Shown here: positions 15,880 to 29,372 of the stretch, piece after piece | Layout of the letters: every line of letters begins with the position of its first letter | How positions within the stretch are numbered: position 1 is the stretch's first letter | Notes under the pieces: generated by a model | What the model was told of the DNA's origin: nothing | The model's input: the letters and a program-made list of their open reading frames with translations, nothing else | The model's database searches: none | Position numbers and translations under genes: made by a program | Assembly (NCBI RefSeq): GCF_009914755.1 | Contig: NC_060929.1 | Strand: one strand, 5' to 3' | DNA: 64,000 bases | Source of the DNA: the human T2T-CHM13v2.0 reference genome, Homo sapiens

Positions 15880-16231
15880 ATTTAATTTTTGGGCTGCTAT
15901 AAGAAAAATAGCATAGCCTGGGTAGCTTAACAAACAGAAATTTATTTCTCACAGTTCTGGGGACTGGGAATCCAAGATCAAGGTGCCAGCAGATGCGGTA
16001 TTTGGTAAGGGCTTGCTTTCTGGTTTGCAGATGGCTATTTTCTCATTGTGTCCTCACAGGCCAGAGAGGAGACAGACAGTTAGTTCTTGTGTCTCTTCTT
16101 ATAACAGTACTAATCCCATTCATAAGGGCTCCAGCCTCATCACCTAATCACCTCCTAATACCATCACATTGGAGATTAGAAGAATTTCAACATACGAGTT
16201 TTGGGGAAACACAAACGTTCAGTCTCTAACA
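15880..16231 (-). mobile_element. MLT1A-like MaLR LTR
   Basis: aacagaaatttatttctcacagttctgg...aagatcaaggtgccagc...acacaaacgttcagtctctaaca. Confidence 0.8.
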
Positions 16232-16404
16232 AGTTTTATATTTGGTTTATAAAAGTTTCTTGTTTCTGTTAATTTTTTTTACAATGTCTTTCTCCTTCTC
16301 TGACTTCACTGATTGATAGAACACAAAGAGAAGATCTTTCTGGATTTCACGTAATTATGCCTTGTCAGAGAATAATGTGCTTTTCTAAATCTCATGTGGT
16401 CTAA

Positions 16405-16510
16405 CACTTTTTATGTGACAGATGGGAAAACTGAGGCCCAGAGAGGTTGAATGCCTCACTTAAGGTCACTTGGTGAGTTAGTGCCAAAGCTGGGAATGAG
16501 AGCCCAGTTT
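16405..16510 (-). mobile_element. MIR fragment
   Basis: Core acagatgggaaaactgaggcccagagagg. Confidence 0.7.
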
Positions 16511-17034
16511 TCCATGATGCCACAGAGCCCCTCTGGGAGGAGAAAAGAGCTGGGTCTCATGTGAGAGCCTTGGCCCCTGTAGCCTTCCACACTGCAGCTC
16601 AGTGTGAGTGGGAGTGGGGAAAACTGCCAGAGGAGGCTCAGAGACCCTCAGCAGGACTGAAGACTACAACTGGGCTTCATACTGTCAAATGTAAAAGCCC
16701 ACAGCAAGGGAGCAGAAAGCCCTGTCTGGAAAATGGCTACAGTAGGCAAATTTCATGCATTTGTATGAATGCAATCATTGTCTAGTGACAAAATTATTAA
16801 TATCATAGGCTTTTTCTCTCTGTGTTTATTTGTCAGTCCTAGAAAGCCCTGCAGGACAAAGTAATCACGTTAGTTTCATCTTCTCCATTTCCTCTACCTA
16901 AAATATTTGCTGCTCTCTCTCTCTCTCTGTCTTTCTCTGTACATCTTATTACAGCATAACCCAGCATGGAGTAGTGGAAGGAATTCTGATTAAACCCAAG
17001 AATAGTGGGAAGAAGAAAGTTTTTAGAGACAAAC

Positions 17035-17200
17035 TACTTAGGTTTGAGACACAGCTCTGCCACTTCCTGGCTGTGCTAACTTGGATGAGTCACTTACACT
17101 CTCTGAGGTGCTGTTTCCTTCTCTGGAAAATGGGATAATAATGGAATACATTATGAGAATTAAATGAAATAGTATGGGCGAAGTTCTTGGCAAGGTGATA
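17035..17200 (+). mobile_element. MIR fragment
   Basis: gctctgccacttcctggctgtg...tttccttctctggaaaatgggataata. Confidence 0.7.
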
Positions 17201-17614
17201 GGACATAATACATTTTCAATGAATGTTAACTACAGAAAAAAATGTTGCTGTGATAAATGGGGAAAGTGACTTCCTCTCTCTGGAGCTTAGATTTATCAAA
17301 TGTAAATAAAATAGTTGTAATAAAGACTCTTCCTGCTTGAATAGTCTATGATTCAGTCTTGCCTTGTACCCCATCAGTAATAACCCCTCCCTCACTGACT
17401 CACTAGCGCCCTGCATTTGGGCCTCTCTTGTGATGTCTCCTGCTCTGATTATAATTATTTTCATCGGTACCCACTTGAGGGCATGTTTATCTCAGAGACT
17501 TGTTCATAGTAAATGCTCAATAAATAAATGTTGAGTGGATGGATAATTGTTAATATTCTGGTCCCATGCAGCTCAGAGTGAGTAACTGTGTTGTGCCTTT
17601 TAAAAGCCTTTTAG

Positions 17615-18000
<386 letters not shown>

Positions 18001-18309
18001 TTACCAATTTATGACTAATCTTGTTTTATTTATTTCCTCACACTCCATCTCCTTCTCTCAGATTTTTTGAAGAAAATTGCAGATATAATATAAAATTATC
18101 TAAAAATCTTCGAGTGTACTTCTAAAAGAAAGGAGGCGTTCTTTCTAGACATATCCACAATGCCTCTATCATACCTAAAAAGCCCAGTAATTTCTTAGTA
18201 TCATTAAATATCCAGTCAGTGTTCACATTTCGTTTATCTGAATCAGGACTCAAATAAGGTACATGCATTGAATTGCATTTGTTTGATATGTCTCTTAAGT
18301 CTCTTTTGC

Positions 18310-19150
18310 ATTGCTTTTTTCTCCCTTCAATTCTGTCAGTTTTTTATTAATGCATTTTGGGGCTTTGTTGTTAGGTGTATATATTTCTATAATTGTTACA
18401 TATTCTAGATGGGTGACCTAAAAATTATAAAATATCTTTCTTTGTCTCTAGTAACAATTGTTTTCCACTGATCTAGTTTGTATAATATAGTATAACCATT
18501 CCAGCTCTCTTTCAATTACTGTTTGCATAGTATATATATATCTTTTCCAGTCTTTTTACTTTCAACCTATTTGTGTTTTTGAATCTCAAATGCGTCTCCT
18601 ATAGGCAGCATATGGTTGGATCATTTAAAAAATCTATTCTGCCAATCTCTGCTTTTATTTTTGGAGGCGAGGTCTTGCTATATTGCCAGGCTGGAGTGCA
18701 GTGGCTATTCCAGGGTACAATCACTATGCACTATATTGCTGAATCCCTGGGCTCAAGCGATCCTCCTGCCTCAGCCTCCCGAGTAGCTGGGATTGCAGGT
18801 GCACCCTACTCTTCCTGGCTCTGCTTTTTAATTGGAGTGCTTGATCCATTTCCATTAAATTTAATTACTGAGAAGGTAGATTCGTATCTGCAATTTTACT
18901 ATTTGTTTTCTATAAATCTATATATTTTCATTCTTCTGTCCCTCAGTTACTGCCCTCTTTAGTGTTATATATAGATTTTTTTCAATACCTTTTAAATTAT
19001 CATCTTGTTTCTTTGATTATATTTTTGAATTTTTTTGGTGGTGTCTCTGGAGATTACAATTAACATCTTAATTTATAACAGTCTAGCTTGGACTAATACA
19101 AACTTAAATTAAATAACGTACAAAACTTTGCTTTTGCATAGCTCCATTCC
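18310..19150 (-). mobile_element. Old L1M fragment (ORF2 start/inter-ORF region)
   Basis: aatctcaaatgcgtctcctataggcagcatatggttggatc and ccatttccattaaatttaattactg resemble the antisense L1 endonuclease N-terminus. Confidence 0.65.
18657..18818 (-). mobile_element. FAM (fossil Alu monomer)
   Basis: Single monomer retaining the 7SL-derived segment gcagtggctattc (reverse complement gaatagccactgc); TSD ctctgctttt at 18647 and 18819. Confidence 0.8.
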
Positions 19151-19159
19151 CTTTCTCCT

Positions 19160-20047
19160 GGAAGGGTTTGATTCCAAGCTCATTTACATGGTTGTTGGCA
19201 AAATTCAGGTTACCGAGGGCTGTTGGACTGAAAACCCCATTTCCTCACTGACTGTTAGTTGAAGACTGCCTCAGTCTCTTGCCATGTGGGCTTCTCGGGC
19301 ATGTGGCATCTTTCTTCATCAAAGCCAACAAGAGAGTTTGCTAGCAAGACAGAAATCACCATCTTTTGTGATCTAATCAATAATGGAAGTGACATCCCAT
19401 CATCTTTGCCATATTCTTTTAGTCAGAAGTATGTCACTAGGCAAAGTCCACACTCAAGGGAAGGGATAATTACACAAAAGTGTAAATGCTAGTGAAGGAA
19501 ATAAAAATATTTTACCACCAAATATTTTTTTTTGACTTATTCTGAAGTGGACCTGAAAAGCTGTCTTTTGTGGAGGGAATTTGCATCTGTAGATCTGTGG
19601 AGACTCTGTATTAAGGCAGTCTGCCCTACCTTGGTCCAGATCTAGGAAAGATTAACTGAGAGTCTCATACCTTTAGAAGTGTGAAAATAAATATTTACCA
19701 CCTTTTCTGTCTGAGGTTTCACCTACATAACAAGACCACTTTTGTTAGCAAAGCCTCCTCTTCTCCCCATTTCATAATCTATCTTCCCACTAAAACCTGA
19801 TTCATCAACATAACTTATTTTTGGCTATCATCTGAACCTGCATTCTTTCTGTGACCTCAAGATGGTATACAAGCTTCTGTACCTCATTGAGGGGTCGGGT
19901 CTTCATTTCAAAGGCTCCCATGTATACATATTACATAAATTTGCATGCCTTTTTTTCCCACTAATCTGTCTCATGTCAATAATTTTTGAACTTCCACACT
20001 AGAAAATGAGAAACACTGGGGGCCATCTTATAAGTCTGCCTACCACA
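19160..20047 (-). mobile_element. MLT1-family LTR split by an ERV1 LTR
   Basis: gaagtgacatcccatcatctttgccatattc... resumes after 19998 and ends gtctgcctaccaca. Confidence 0.7.
19493..19998 (+). mobile_element. ERV1 MER4-group solo LTR (MER49/LTR29-like)
   Basis: TG...CA ends (tgaaggaaataaaaatattttacc ... cttccaca); perfect 4-bp TSD ctag. Confidence 0.75.
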
Positions 20048-20108
20048 GAGGATATGATATGTGTACGTGCATGCATGAGTATTGAATACCTACAATGTGT
20101 TACGCACT

Positions 20109-20471
20109 TGTATTAATCTGTTCTCATGCCGCGAATAAAAACATACCTGAGACTGGGTAATTTATAAAGGAAAGAGGGTTAATTGACTCACAGTTCCACA
20201 TGGCTGGGGAGGCCTCGTAATCGTGGCGGAAGGCAGATGAGGAGCAAAGTTACATCTTACATGGCAGCAGGCAAGAGAGCTTATGTAGGGAACTTCTCTT
20301 TATAAAACCATCAGATCTCATGAGACTTATTCACTATCACAAGAACAGCACAGGAAAGACCCACCCCTATGATTCGATTACCTCTCACTGGGTCCCTTCC
20401 ATGACACATGGGAATTATGGGAGCTACAATTCAAGATGAGATTTGGGTGGGGACACAGCCAAACCATATCA
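20109..20471 (-). mobile_element. THE1C/B solo LTR inserted in an L2 fragment
   Basis: tgtattaatctg...acacagccaaaccatatca; perfect 5-bp TSD gcact. Confidence 0.93.
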
Positions 20472-20606
20472 GCACTATTCTAGGCACTGGGGATAGAGCA
20501 GAGGGAAAAACAGACAAAAATGCCTGCTCTAAAAGAGCTTACATTCTATTTTCTCTGTATGACAAGGACAGAGAGGCTCCAGCTGACAGCTGAGTTACAA
20601 TTGGTT

Positions 20607-21494
20607 TGTAAATAAAAAATAAAATTCTAAATCCCCAGCTGACTGAATGGACCCCCACTCTCCACCAAGGGCATTCCAAAGTAAACTTGAAAAACTAGTT
20701 CAGGCCATGCTGGGAAGTGGGGGTAGAGCATGCCTCATTATACCCTCTTCCCTTTGGAGTTTAGGCACAAGTGACCAGCATTAACATTGAAAGAGAAATC
20801 TTAGGACTGACAAAACAGACTCTTTGTAGCAATAAGGTACCAAATTCCAACCTGACTCTAGTATAGCATCACATGACAAATAGCAGGCACTGAAAGGAAA
20901 TGAAGTGTTTTACCCCAAAATGTATTTCTTTGACATATTTTGAAATGGCCCTGCAAAGCTGTCTCTTGTGGGGAAATCAACATTCTGTAGAGAATCCTCT
21001 TCCCTTTCCAGGTCTTCTCTCTGATCCAGGAGAGAATTAACTAGGAGCCTGGCACCTTTTTAGGTCTGATAAGAGCTCTAAAGCTGGTTACCTGGAGGCT
21101 TCATCTACATAATAAGAATCTTGGTCTCCACAACCCCTTATCTTAACCCAGACACTCCTTTCTATTGATTCCATGTCTTTAGATAATAAGTTAACCCTTT
21201 CAATCAGTTGCCAATCAGAAAACTTTAGAATCTAAATATGACCTGAACACTGCTCCCTCCCCGCTACTTTGCGTTGTCCCACCTTTCTGGACCAAACCAA
21301 TGTGCACCTTACACATAGTGATTGATGTCTGTCTGTAACTTCTGTCCCCCCTAAAATGTATAAAATCAAGTTGTAACCCAATCACCCTGGGTTCTCAGGA
21401 CCTCCTGGGGCTATGTTACAGGTCATGATCCTCACATTTGGCTAAGAATAAATCTCTTTACATATTTTCCGGAGTTTGACTCTCTTTGTTGATA
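20607..21494 (+). mobile_element. MER4D-like ERV1 solo LTR
   Basis: tgtaaataaaaaataaaattctaa...gactgaatggacccc start; aataaa polyA signal near 21447; TSD ggtt/ggtc. Confidence 0.85.
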
Positions 21495-22274
21495 GGTCCT
21501 AAGTTATTGGTTGTTCTCTTCTGCAACTGAAAACATATCTGATCTGATGTGGGATAAAAGAATATCTTTCAATTTCTGAGATGTGTGAGGATTTCTTTTC
21601 TCACAGAGGACTGGATGTTTGGCTGTGTGCTTTTCTTGTTTTCTTCTGCTGAGAATTTTGAGAATTCAGGAAGGACAAGAGAAAAGAAGGAGCTCACCCT
21701 GCAACTTGTGTGAGGGCAAAGCAAGAAACAAGGAAGAATGTGAACGACTCTTTCCAGTAGAAAGGATGAGGAGACAGGAAAGGTTTCAAAGTTGTGATCC
21801 CAAATTTATCATGACCCCAAATGTATCATACAGTTCCATTCTCTAGGCCTTTAAGACAAACATTTCCTATTGCTCTTTAGAGAAGCATTTGAAGCCTAAA
21901 TTCTGATACCACTTCCCACTCCCCAATTCCCTCAGCACATCTCAGATTTCTGTTTTTAAAAATCTCTAGCCATGATGATGGGATATGTGTTTGTTGGTAC
22001 ATTTTTTTTCAGAGCCCAGTGTCATTGCTGGGCTGGGTGGCAGCCGAGGCCTTCAGGGACTAAACCTCTTGTCTTAAGATCCTGAAAATGGTCCAGAAAG
22101 TCTTCAGCTGGGTTGGGAGATAATTCGCAGGTGGGGTGGGGGAGGTGAGGAAGTGGAGTTCCAGCTAGATAGGGCTTGATGCTGGCAAATTATGAAGACA
22201 TTCTGGTGGCTCTGCCATTTTTTTTTCCTCACTACCAGTTCTATCTTCCTAAACAGAAGCCAAAGGAAGCCAGC

Positions 22275-22495
22275 TGGTAGCTAAGAGCATGGGATTTAGG
22301 AAGTAACATTTCAGCCATTTGCTAACCATGTGAACCAGGACTGGCTCTTGAACCAGCTTTACCTTTTGGAACCTCAGTTTTGCCTTTTATAAAATGGAGA
22401 CAGTTATTCCTGCCAAATGGGGTTCTTTAAAAATCATGTGCAAACATGTGTAGTGTAGTGCCTGGCACATAAAAAATGCTCAGTAAGTGGTGTCT
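22275..22495 (+). mobile_element. MIR
   Basis: cctcagttttgccttttataaaatggagacag...tagtgcctggcacataaaaaatgctcagtaa. Confidence 0.7.
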
Positions 22496-23666
22496 GTTTC
22501 TAGGCAGGGCATATTTGGGAATCCTAACTTTACAGATGAGGAAGCTGAGCTGCATGTGGTTTGAATGGGTCTGGGAACCCTGCTTCCCCAGTTCTCTCTT
22601 GCTGGAATGCCTTCGCCTTTTAGAATCCTGTTTCTCCCCAGGCTCTACAGCCTTGAAGCCCTGGCAGGCTTCTGAGTGCTTTGTTTGCCCTGAGGAGGTA
22701 GGGGGTTGCTGGCAGGAACCATTCACAGCTCTGTCCACCTGAGCCAGAGCTGCTCCCTGCTCTCCTGCACCTGGCAGGGAGTAGGCTGGAACAAAACTGA
22801 AAGGGAACCTGAATGGGGATCCTGAAGAGGCATCCGGTGGGTAAGTGCTGACCTGCTGGTGAGGAACATTTAAGGGGATTCTCTGGCATTACCTTAAGAG
22901 CATTCTTAGGCAATCCAAGATGGGCACATTTTCTCAAAGGCAGATAGAAATGCATTCCTGCTGTGCTCAGGAGGCCAAATTTGAAGACTCTTGTCCAATT
23001 AAAGTATTATCGAGACCAATTACTTCTCAAGATGATTTCTAAAGAAGGAGATGTTGATTTTTCCCCCCTACTTTTAGGAATGGAGAGGAGCTGAAAAGAC
23101 AGTGCCTGACAGAGAACAACAGGATGCCTGAGTGTGTGCTGATATAGCCAGGCCTGAATTCTGTGTGAGTGTGAGCATGAGTGTGAGTGTGTGTCTGTAT
23201 TTTCCCTCACCGTTACCATGATTCTAGATCTTTTCCACTCTCTTGCCTTTTAGTGGTTCTGAGGGATTAGGCTACATATGTTTGAATCCTGTGTGTTCTT
23301 AAGGAAATGCAGATAATAGTACCTGCCTCATAGGGTTGTTGTGAGAGAAGATGCATGTAAAGCACTTAGCAGGGTGCCTGGCACATAGTAGGTGTTCAAT
23401 AAATTATATATGTTTTTCTACAACTTTTCTTTCTGTGCGTGCATTTCTTTACATTATGGTAGGTGTAAGTGGCTATACTAGTTGTCCTAGTTGCAGGTAA
23501 CACAAGTGGTCGCAGGTAAACTCTATGGTTTCTCCAGCACCAGGGGCAGCACCTGGCTCAGAGAGCATGCTCAATAAACAGCTGATGACTGAAAAAGTGA
23601 GTGAAACCACTAGCTTAAATAGAAAACGGAAAATAATAATAAAGACATAAAATGTCACATAAAACC

Positions 23667-24025
23667 TGTATTAGTCTATTCTCACACTACTATAAAGATA
23701 CTACCTGAGATTGGGTAATTTATAAACAAAAGAGGTTTAACTGACAGTTCTACATGGCTGGGGAGGCCTCAGGAAACTTACAATCATGGCGGAAGGCAAA
23801 AGGGAAGCAAGGCGTTTCCTACGTGGTGGCAGGAGAGAGAGAGCAGGGAAGCCCAGACACTTAGCAAACAACCAGATCTTCTGAGAATTCATTCATTGTC
23901 ATGAGAACAGCAAGGGGGAATTCCGCCCCCATGATCCAATCATCTCCCATCAGGTCCCTCCCTTGACACGTGGAGATTACACTTCGAGATGAGGTTGGGT
24001 AGGGACACAGAGCCAAATCCTATCA
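23667..24025 (-). mobile_element. THE1D/MSTA solo LTR
   Basis: tgtattagtctattctc...gaggcctcaggaaacttacaatcatgg...gacacagagccaaatcctatca; TSD aaacc/gaacc. Confidence 0.9.
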
Positions 24026-24837
24026 GAACCCAAGGGTGGGGAGAAGGAAGGCTCCAGAAAGGCCTCAGGAAGAAATATAATCAGCGTCTGGAATGCCATG
24101 AGGACACACTTACCTTCTCTCTCCACCGATTCACAGTTACTTTGTTCTTTTTTCTCTGTAGTTTCCTCTGTTCTTCAGACTATCAGGTGAATTCTGTCCA
24201 CCTCACAATTATTAGTCCAGCCAATTTCAAATACTGAGTGGATATCTCTGAATCTCAATTTCAAATTTCCAGGAGTAAATCTGATTGGCTGAGCTTGCGT
24301 CAGGTATCCATTCCTTGTCTAATCAGAAATGGTAGGGAGCAGGGTCACATAGTGGCTCCCTGTCTCTCCCGTGGATGAGGGGGTGTGGGTTTCTACAGAA
24401 AGGGCTTTTGAGCTGCCATACGTGCATTTCAGTGGCTGCCTTGCCCAGCTGAGTCTGTGGAAGAAGGGATGGGTGGGATCTGCAGAAGGGGTGGGTGGGA
24501 AGAAATGTGTATGTAGAAATTACAGAACTGATGGATTCCCTGGTCCTGTCCACATGGATAATACTGGAGTAGGATTTGAGGGATTTTTAGAAAATTCTTT
24601 CCAATGAGGCCTGAAAGTTTCCATCAGTCATGTAACGTTTTCCATTCTAATGGGAATAATGAGTGTTAATAATAAATGTAAGACCCCTATATCTTGTATC
24701 TTGAACAAGGTATCATTGCACTCTTTCATGTAAGAGATTTGTAAGCTTACCCCAGGGGGAACGAGTTACATATGCAAATCCCTTGTCTTAGTCTAGAGTT
24801 CCCGCTGGTCCTCTCTGTTGAGCTGTATGTCTCCCCA

Positions 24838-25029
24838 GCCTAGAGGTTCTCAGATTGGTCTTCCATCAACACTGTCAACACTGTTACCTGGGAACTTGTT
24901 AGAAATGTAAATTCATGGGGCCTACCCGAGATGTACAGAATCAGATGCTGTGTGGGGTGGGGCCCAGCAGGTTATTTCAAAAAGCCCTCCCAGTGATTTT
25001 GATGCACTTTAAAGCTGGGAAAACCACTG
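24838..25029. mobile_element. MER5A (hAT-Charlie MITE)
   Basis: cctgggaacttgttagaaatgtaaatt...ggggtggggcccagca...cagtgattttgatgcac...aaccactg. Confidence 0.8.
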
Positions 25030-26046
25030 CCTTCTTCTGTTTTTAGGAGAGGCTTGCCCCTTGGTTCAAGGGTTCAAAGGATACATGCCTGTGAAGACTT
25101 CTCTGAGCAAGGTCTTTGAGATTAAACCCTAAGGAGGCTTTGAGTGATACTGCCATAAGCTCCAACCATCGCTTCTTTCAGCCTTGGGAAAAGTTATAAT
25201 TCCTTAAGGATGTTAACTTGAACATTCCTTACAGAAGCTGAGCTATAGAGGGTGACACTGCTCTCTGTCCTTCATCCTTCAGAGGATAAGTGATGTCAGC
25301 ATGAGGCTCTTTCTTGGACAATTGACATTTCCCACCTTAAGATGGAGGGTGGGGGGCAAAGCACCCTGAATTGAATCACAATGGACCAATGTCAAATTGC
25401 AGTCTTAAGTTGTAAGTGGAAGAAAGGAAGGATGATTGATTCAGAATCTGCTGTTCCTTTGCATTAATTTCCACAATGGCCCCCTGAGGTAGATACAATT
25501 ATCCTTAAAGAAAAGTGAAATAGTTTGACCAATTTTAGTGAGTGGTAGAGTGGAGATTCAGGCCCAGACAATCATATACCAAGAACCAAACCTGTAGCCA
25601 CCAGGCTACAGTGTTACCTGTGGTGCATTAGGATCCTCTTTTTTTCCTTATGTTTTTCCTTCTTTCCATCTCAGCATTGCACCCTAGTCTGTCCTGCACT
25701 GCACTTCCTCACCACAGAGAGGCTGGGACTTCTAGGCTTTTTGTCCTTTCATTGATTGACTTTGGTGGAGTTTGGAGGAAACAGAGGGATTTACAACTCC
25801 CCACAGCCCCATCCAGGTTAGAAAGATTCCCCATGATATAGGGAGGAGAGCACAGGTGGAGAGGATGAGAGCAGTGAAGTTTGTGGATCTGCAGAGTGAG
25901 GTCCTACATCCTGCCCCCTGGCGAGCAGCAAGAGAAAAATGTGGCTCAGCCAGTTTTATTGGAGGGAGACAGAGATGGCTTTGCAGGGAGTTCTTGTCTC
26001 AGAAGCAAGACTGGTTGCTGGGCCTGAAAGTGTTGAGTGGAAAGGC

Positions 26047-26193
26047 TGTTATGGTCTGAATGTGTCCCCTCTAAAATGTAGGTGTTGTAATGTGATTGTA
26101 TTAAGAGGTGGGGCCTGTAAGAGGTGATTGGGCCATGAGAGCTGCTCCCTTATTAGCAGGATTAAGACCCTTTAAAGAGAAACTGCATGGAGC
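26047..26193 (+). mobile_element. MST-type MaLR LTR 5' fragment
   Basis: tgttatggtctgaatgtgtcccc...gtattaagaggtggggcct. Confidence 0.7.
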
Positions 26194-26379
26194 TAACCTC
26201 TAACTAGAGACTTTCCACTTTGACCAATCAAATATTATCTTTGTCTTATTTCCTCAAACACCTAATAAAAATTTTCTCTCCCACCCCCTTGGTGGAGGCA
26301 TGAACTGCTTATGGTCTGGTGCTGCCCAGTTTATGAATGGTTAAATGCTCAAATAAACTGCGTCTTTTAATACCTCTTT

Positions 26380-26433
26380 CCCCTTCCTTCCTTCCTTCCT
26401 TCCTTCCTTCCTTCCTTCCTTCCCTTCCTTCCT
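26380..26433. repeat. (CCTT)n microsatellite
   Basis: About 12 near-perfect CCTT units. Confidence 0.95.
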
Positions 26434-27134
26434 GCTATTTTTCTTGTTGCTATTATAAATGATGTTGCAATGAATTTTTTTTTACCCATAACTTTATGCT
26501 TTGTTTTAATATCTACTTTTTTTAAGGTTGCTTTGTTTTACTTTTGCATCTGCTGGCTCCTAAGTTATATACATTTACAATTTTGATAGCTACTGCCAAA
26601 TTGCCTTTCAAAAAGACTGTATTATTTTTAACTCCCACCAACAGAGTTACAAACAGTAATGTTTATGAATTCTGCATTGTACTTCCCTTTTTAATGACCA
26701 CATTATCCTGCCAGACTGTAAGATTCCCTGAGGGTAGGAATCTGCCTGCCTTTCCTCTGCTGTGTCCTCAGCATTTAGCACAGTGCCTGGCCCACCACAG
26801 GTTCTCTGTAAGTATTTGTCGAGTGAAACAAAAGGCGCAGAGTGAACACTCGCCAAAGGCTTCTTCTTAGAAGTTTGCCTGGGAAAATTTTAAAACAAGA
26901 ACTTCCGATTCACAAGAAAAAAAATTAAGCTTGGAGGACCATAATTTTCTAAACTCACTTTTGTAGATTAAAAATAAAATCCTAAGTCTTCCACCGACTG
27001 AACAGACCCCCATCTGGCTAAGGGGACCCCAGAAAAACTTTAAACATGAAATTCCCAGTCGTGATAGGTAGGTCAGACATACCTTGTTATAGCCCCTCCC
27101 TTTTGGAGTTTAGGCACAACTGACCAGAATTAAT

Positions 27135-27445
<311 letters not shown>

Positions 27446-27928
27446 AGCATTAATCCTAAGGCTAATAAAATGGACTCTTTGTGACAATAAGATACCAAAT
27501 TATAATCAGGATCTAAGGCCATCCAGACAATGGTTAAGTCACACACTCCTACAGGTCTCTCTGACTCAGTATGTTGGTTAGTAGACTTCCTTATTATAAC
27601 CTAAAACGTTCCTTTTTGTTGACTTCAAATTTTTAGACAAAGTTTTACTCCTTTAACCAATTGCAAATTAAAGAATCTCTGAATCCACATACAACCTATA
27701 ACCCTGCCTCCCCTTCAGGATATCCCACTTTTCTAGGCTGAACCAAGGTATACCTTTCATTTATTGATTTATGTCTTTACCTATAACTTCTGCCTATCTA
27801 AAGTGTATAAAACCAAACCGTAATCCAATTGCTATGGGCACGCTTTCTCAGGACCTCTTGAGAGTGTGTTCCCTGGGCCATGTCACTCATATTGGTTCAG
27901 AATAAACCTCTTTGACATATTTTACAGA

Positions 27929-28209
27929 GGCTGGGCATGATGGCTCACGCCTGTAATCCTAGCACCTTGGGTTGCTGAGGTGGGTGGATCGCTTGAGCTC
28001 AGGAGCTCAATACCACCCTGGGCAACATGGTGAAACCCCATCTCTACAAAAAATACAAAATGTAGCTGGGTGTGGTGGTGCATGCCTGTAATCCTGCTAC
28101 TCGGGAGGCTGAGGCAGGAGGATTGCTCGTGCCAGGAGGTTGAGGTTGCACAGTCATGATCGTGCCACTGTACTACAGCCTGGGTGACACAGCAAGACCT
28201 TGTCTCAAA
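27929..28209 (+). mobile_element. AluJ
   Basis: ggctgggcatgatggctc...ggatcgcttgagctc...gcaagaccttgtctc. Confidence 0.9.
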
Positions 28210-28787
28210 GATTTTTTTTTTTAATTGATTTTTTTTTAAGAGAGTCTTGTTTTTCCATTAGCACTTGGGACAGTGAAGCTAAAAATGTCTGTTGTTTTTT
28301 TCCAAATTTTAATTTGTTTCTTTGGCTTGGTAGTAATACAAAGAGGAAGAAGAAACCTTGGATTCTGCAGGTGTGCTCAAGTTGGATATTTGCACATAAA
28401 TGTAGACAAGCATCCCCTCTGGGAAGCTGGATATCCACACTGTGGATCCCCGGGCAATTTCTTTCCAAGTCTGTGACCTTGATCAATTGTCCTACTAAGT
28501 GTAAGGTACACTGCCAATATGTGACTTAGTCTCTTTGGCTGACAGGCAGTGCGTGGGTCTAGTTTGTGGCACAGAGGGCCTGGCTTAAGTCCTGCCTTTT
28601 TGCTCTGTGACCTTGGGCAAGTCACTTTGCCTCTCAGGGCCCTCACTTCCGGAGTGGAGATAGTCATTTCTGCAGTGCCTGCCTCTTGGCCAGTTGTGAG
28701 GCCCAGAAGCAGGTTGTAAATTGTAGTGTGCTATGCAAATGTGAAACATTAGAAGCAGAGTAGTTTGTTGGCGTCTTGACAAGATCT

Positions 28788-29372
28788 TGTAGGGGAGGAA
28801 AAATAATTTTCTTTCTACCTTCCATTGTTCTTAGTTGGGATTCCCTGTAACAAAAGACAGATAAACAAGAGTAAAATGAAGAGAAGTCTAATAACATGTA
28901 TACCTCCTCTGTACAGGGGAGATATTCAGGGACATCTCAGAGCAAAATCTCAAGAGTAGATCTCAAAGAATTGTCTGAGGGTTCAGGCTTAAATACCATC
29001 ATACCTCCCCACTCACCTGCTGGCCCCCCAACAAAAAAAGAAAGGTATGGGAAAGGGCAGGAAAAGCACTGTTAACAAGGGCAAGGTTTGTTATACAGAC
29101 TTAAGTGACACCTTCCCCATTGATAAGAGAATCTAGTGATTTAGTAATCTCTCTCTTCCTGGGGCAGAGAGGGAGATACCCTTAAAATAGAGATCTCCTT
29201 TATAGATGCAAATTTCTCTTAAAAAAGGACAACTTCTCTTGTTTGCAGAACTTCTCCTATGCCTGCTTTCCCCACAAATAATCAGTTCACAATAATCCTT
29301 ATGTTACACAGGCATATTTTGGGTTGATATATTCTGGTCATGTTTTGGGGTGCTGTGTCCTGATCCCCAACA
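28788..29372 (-). mobile_element. MER34-like ERV1 LTR
   Basis: Reverse complement begins tgttggggatcaggacacagcaccccaaaacatgaccagaatat...cccaaaatatgcc; TG/CA ends. Confidence 0.7.
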
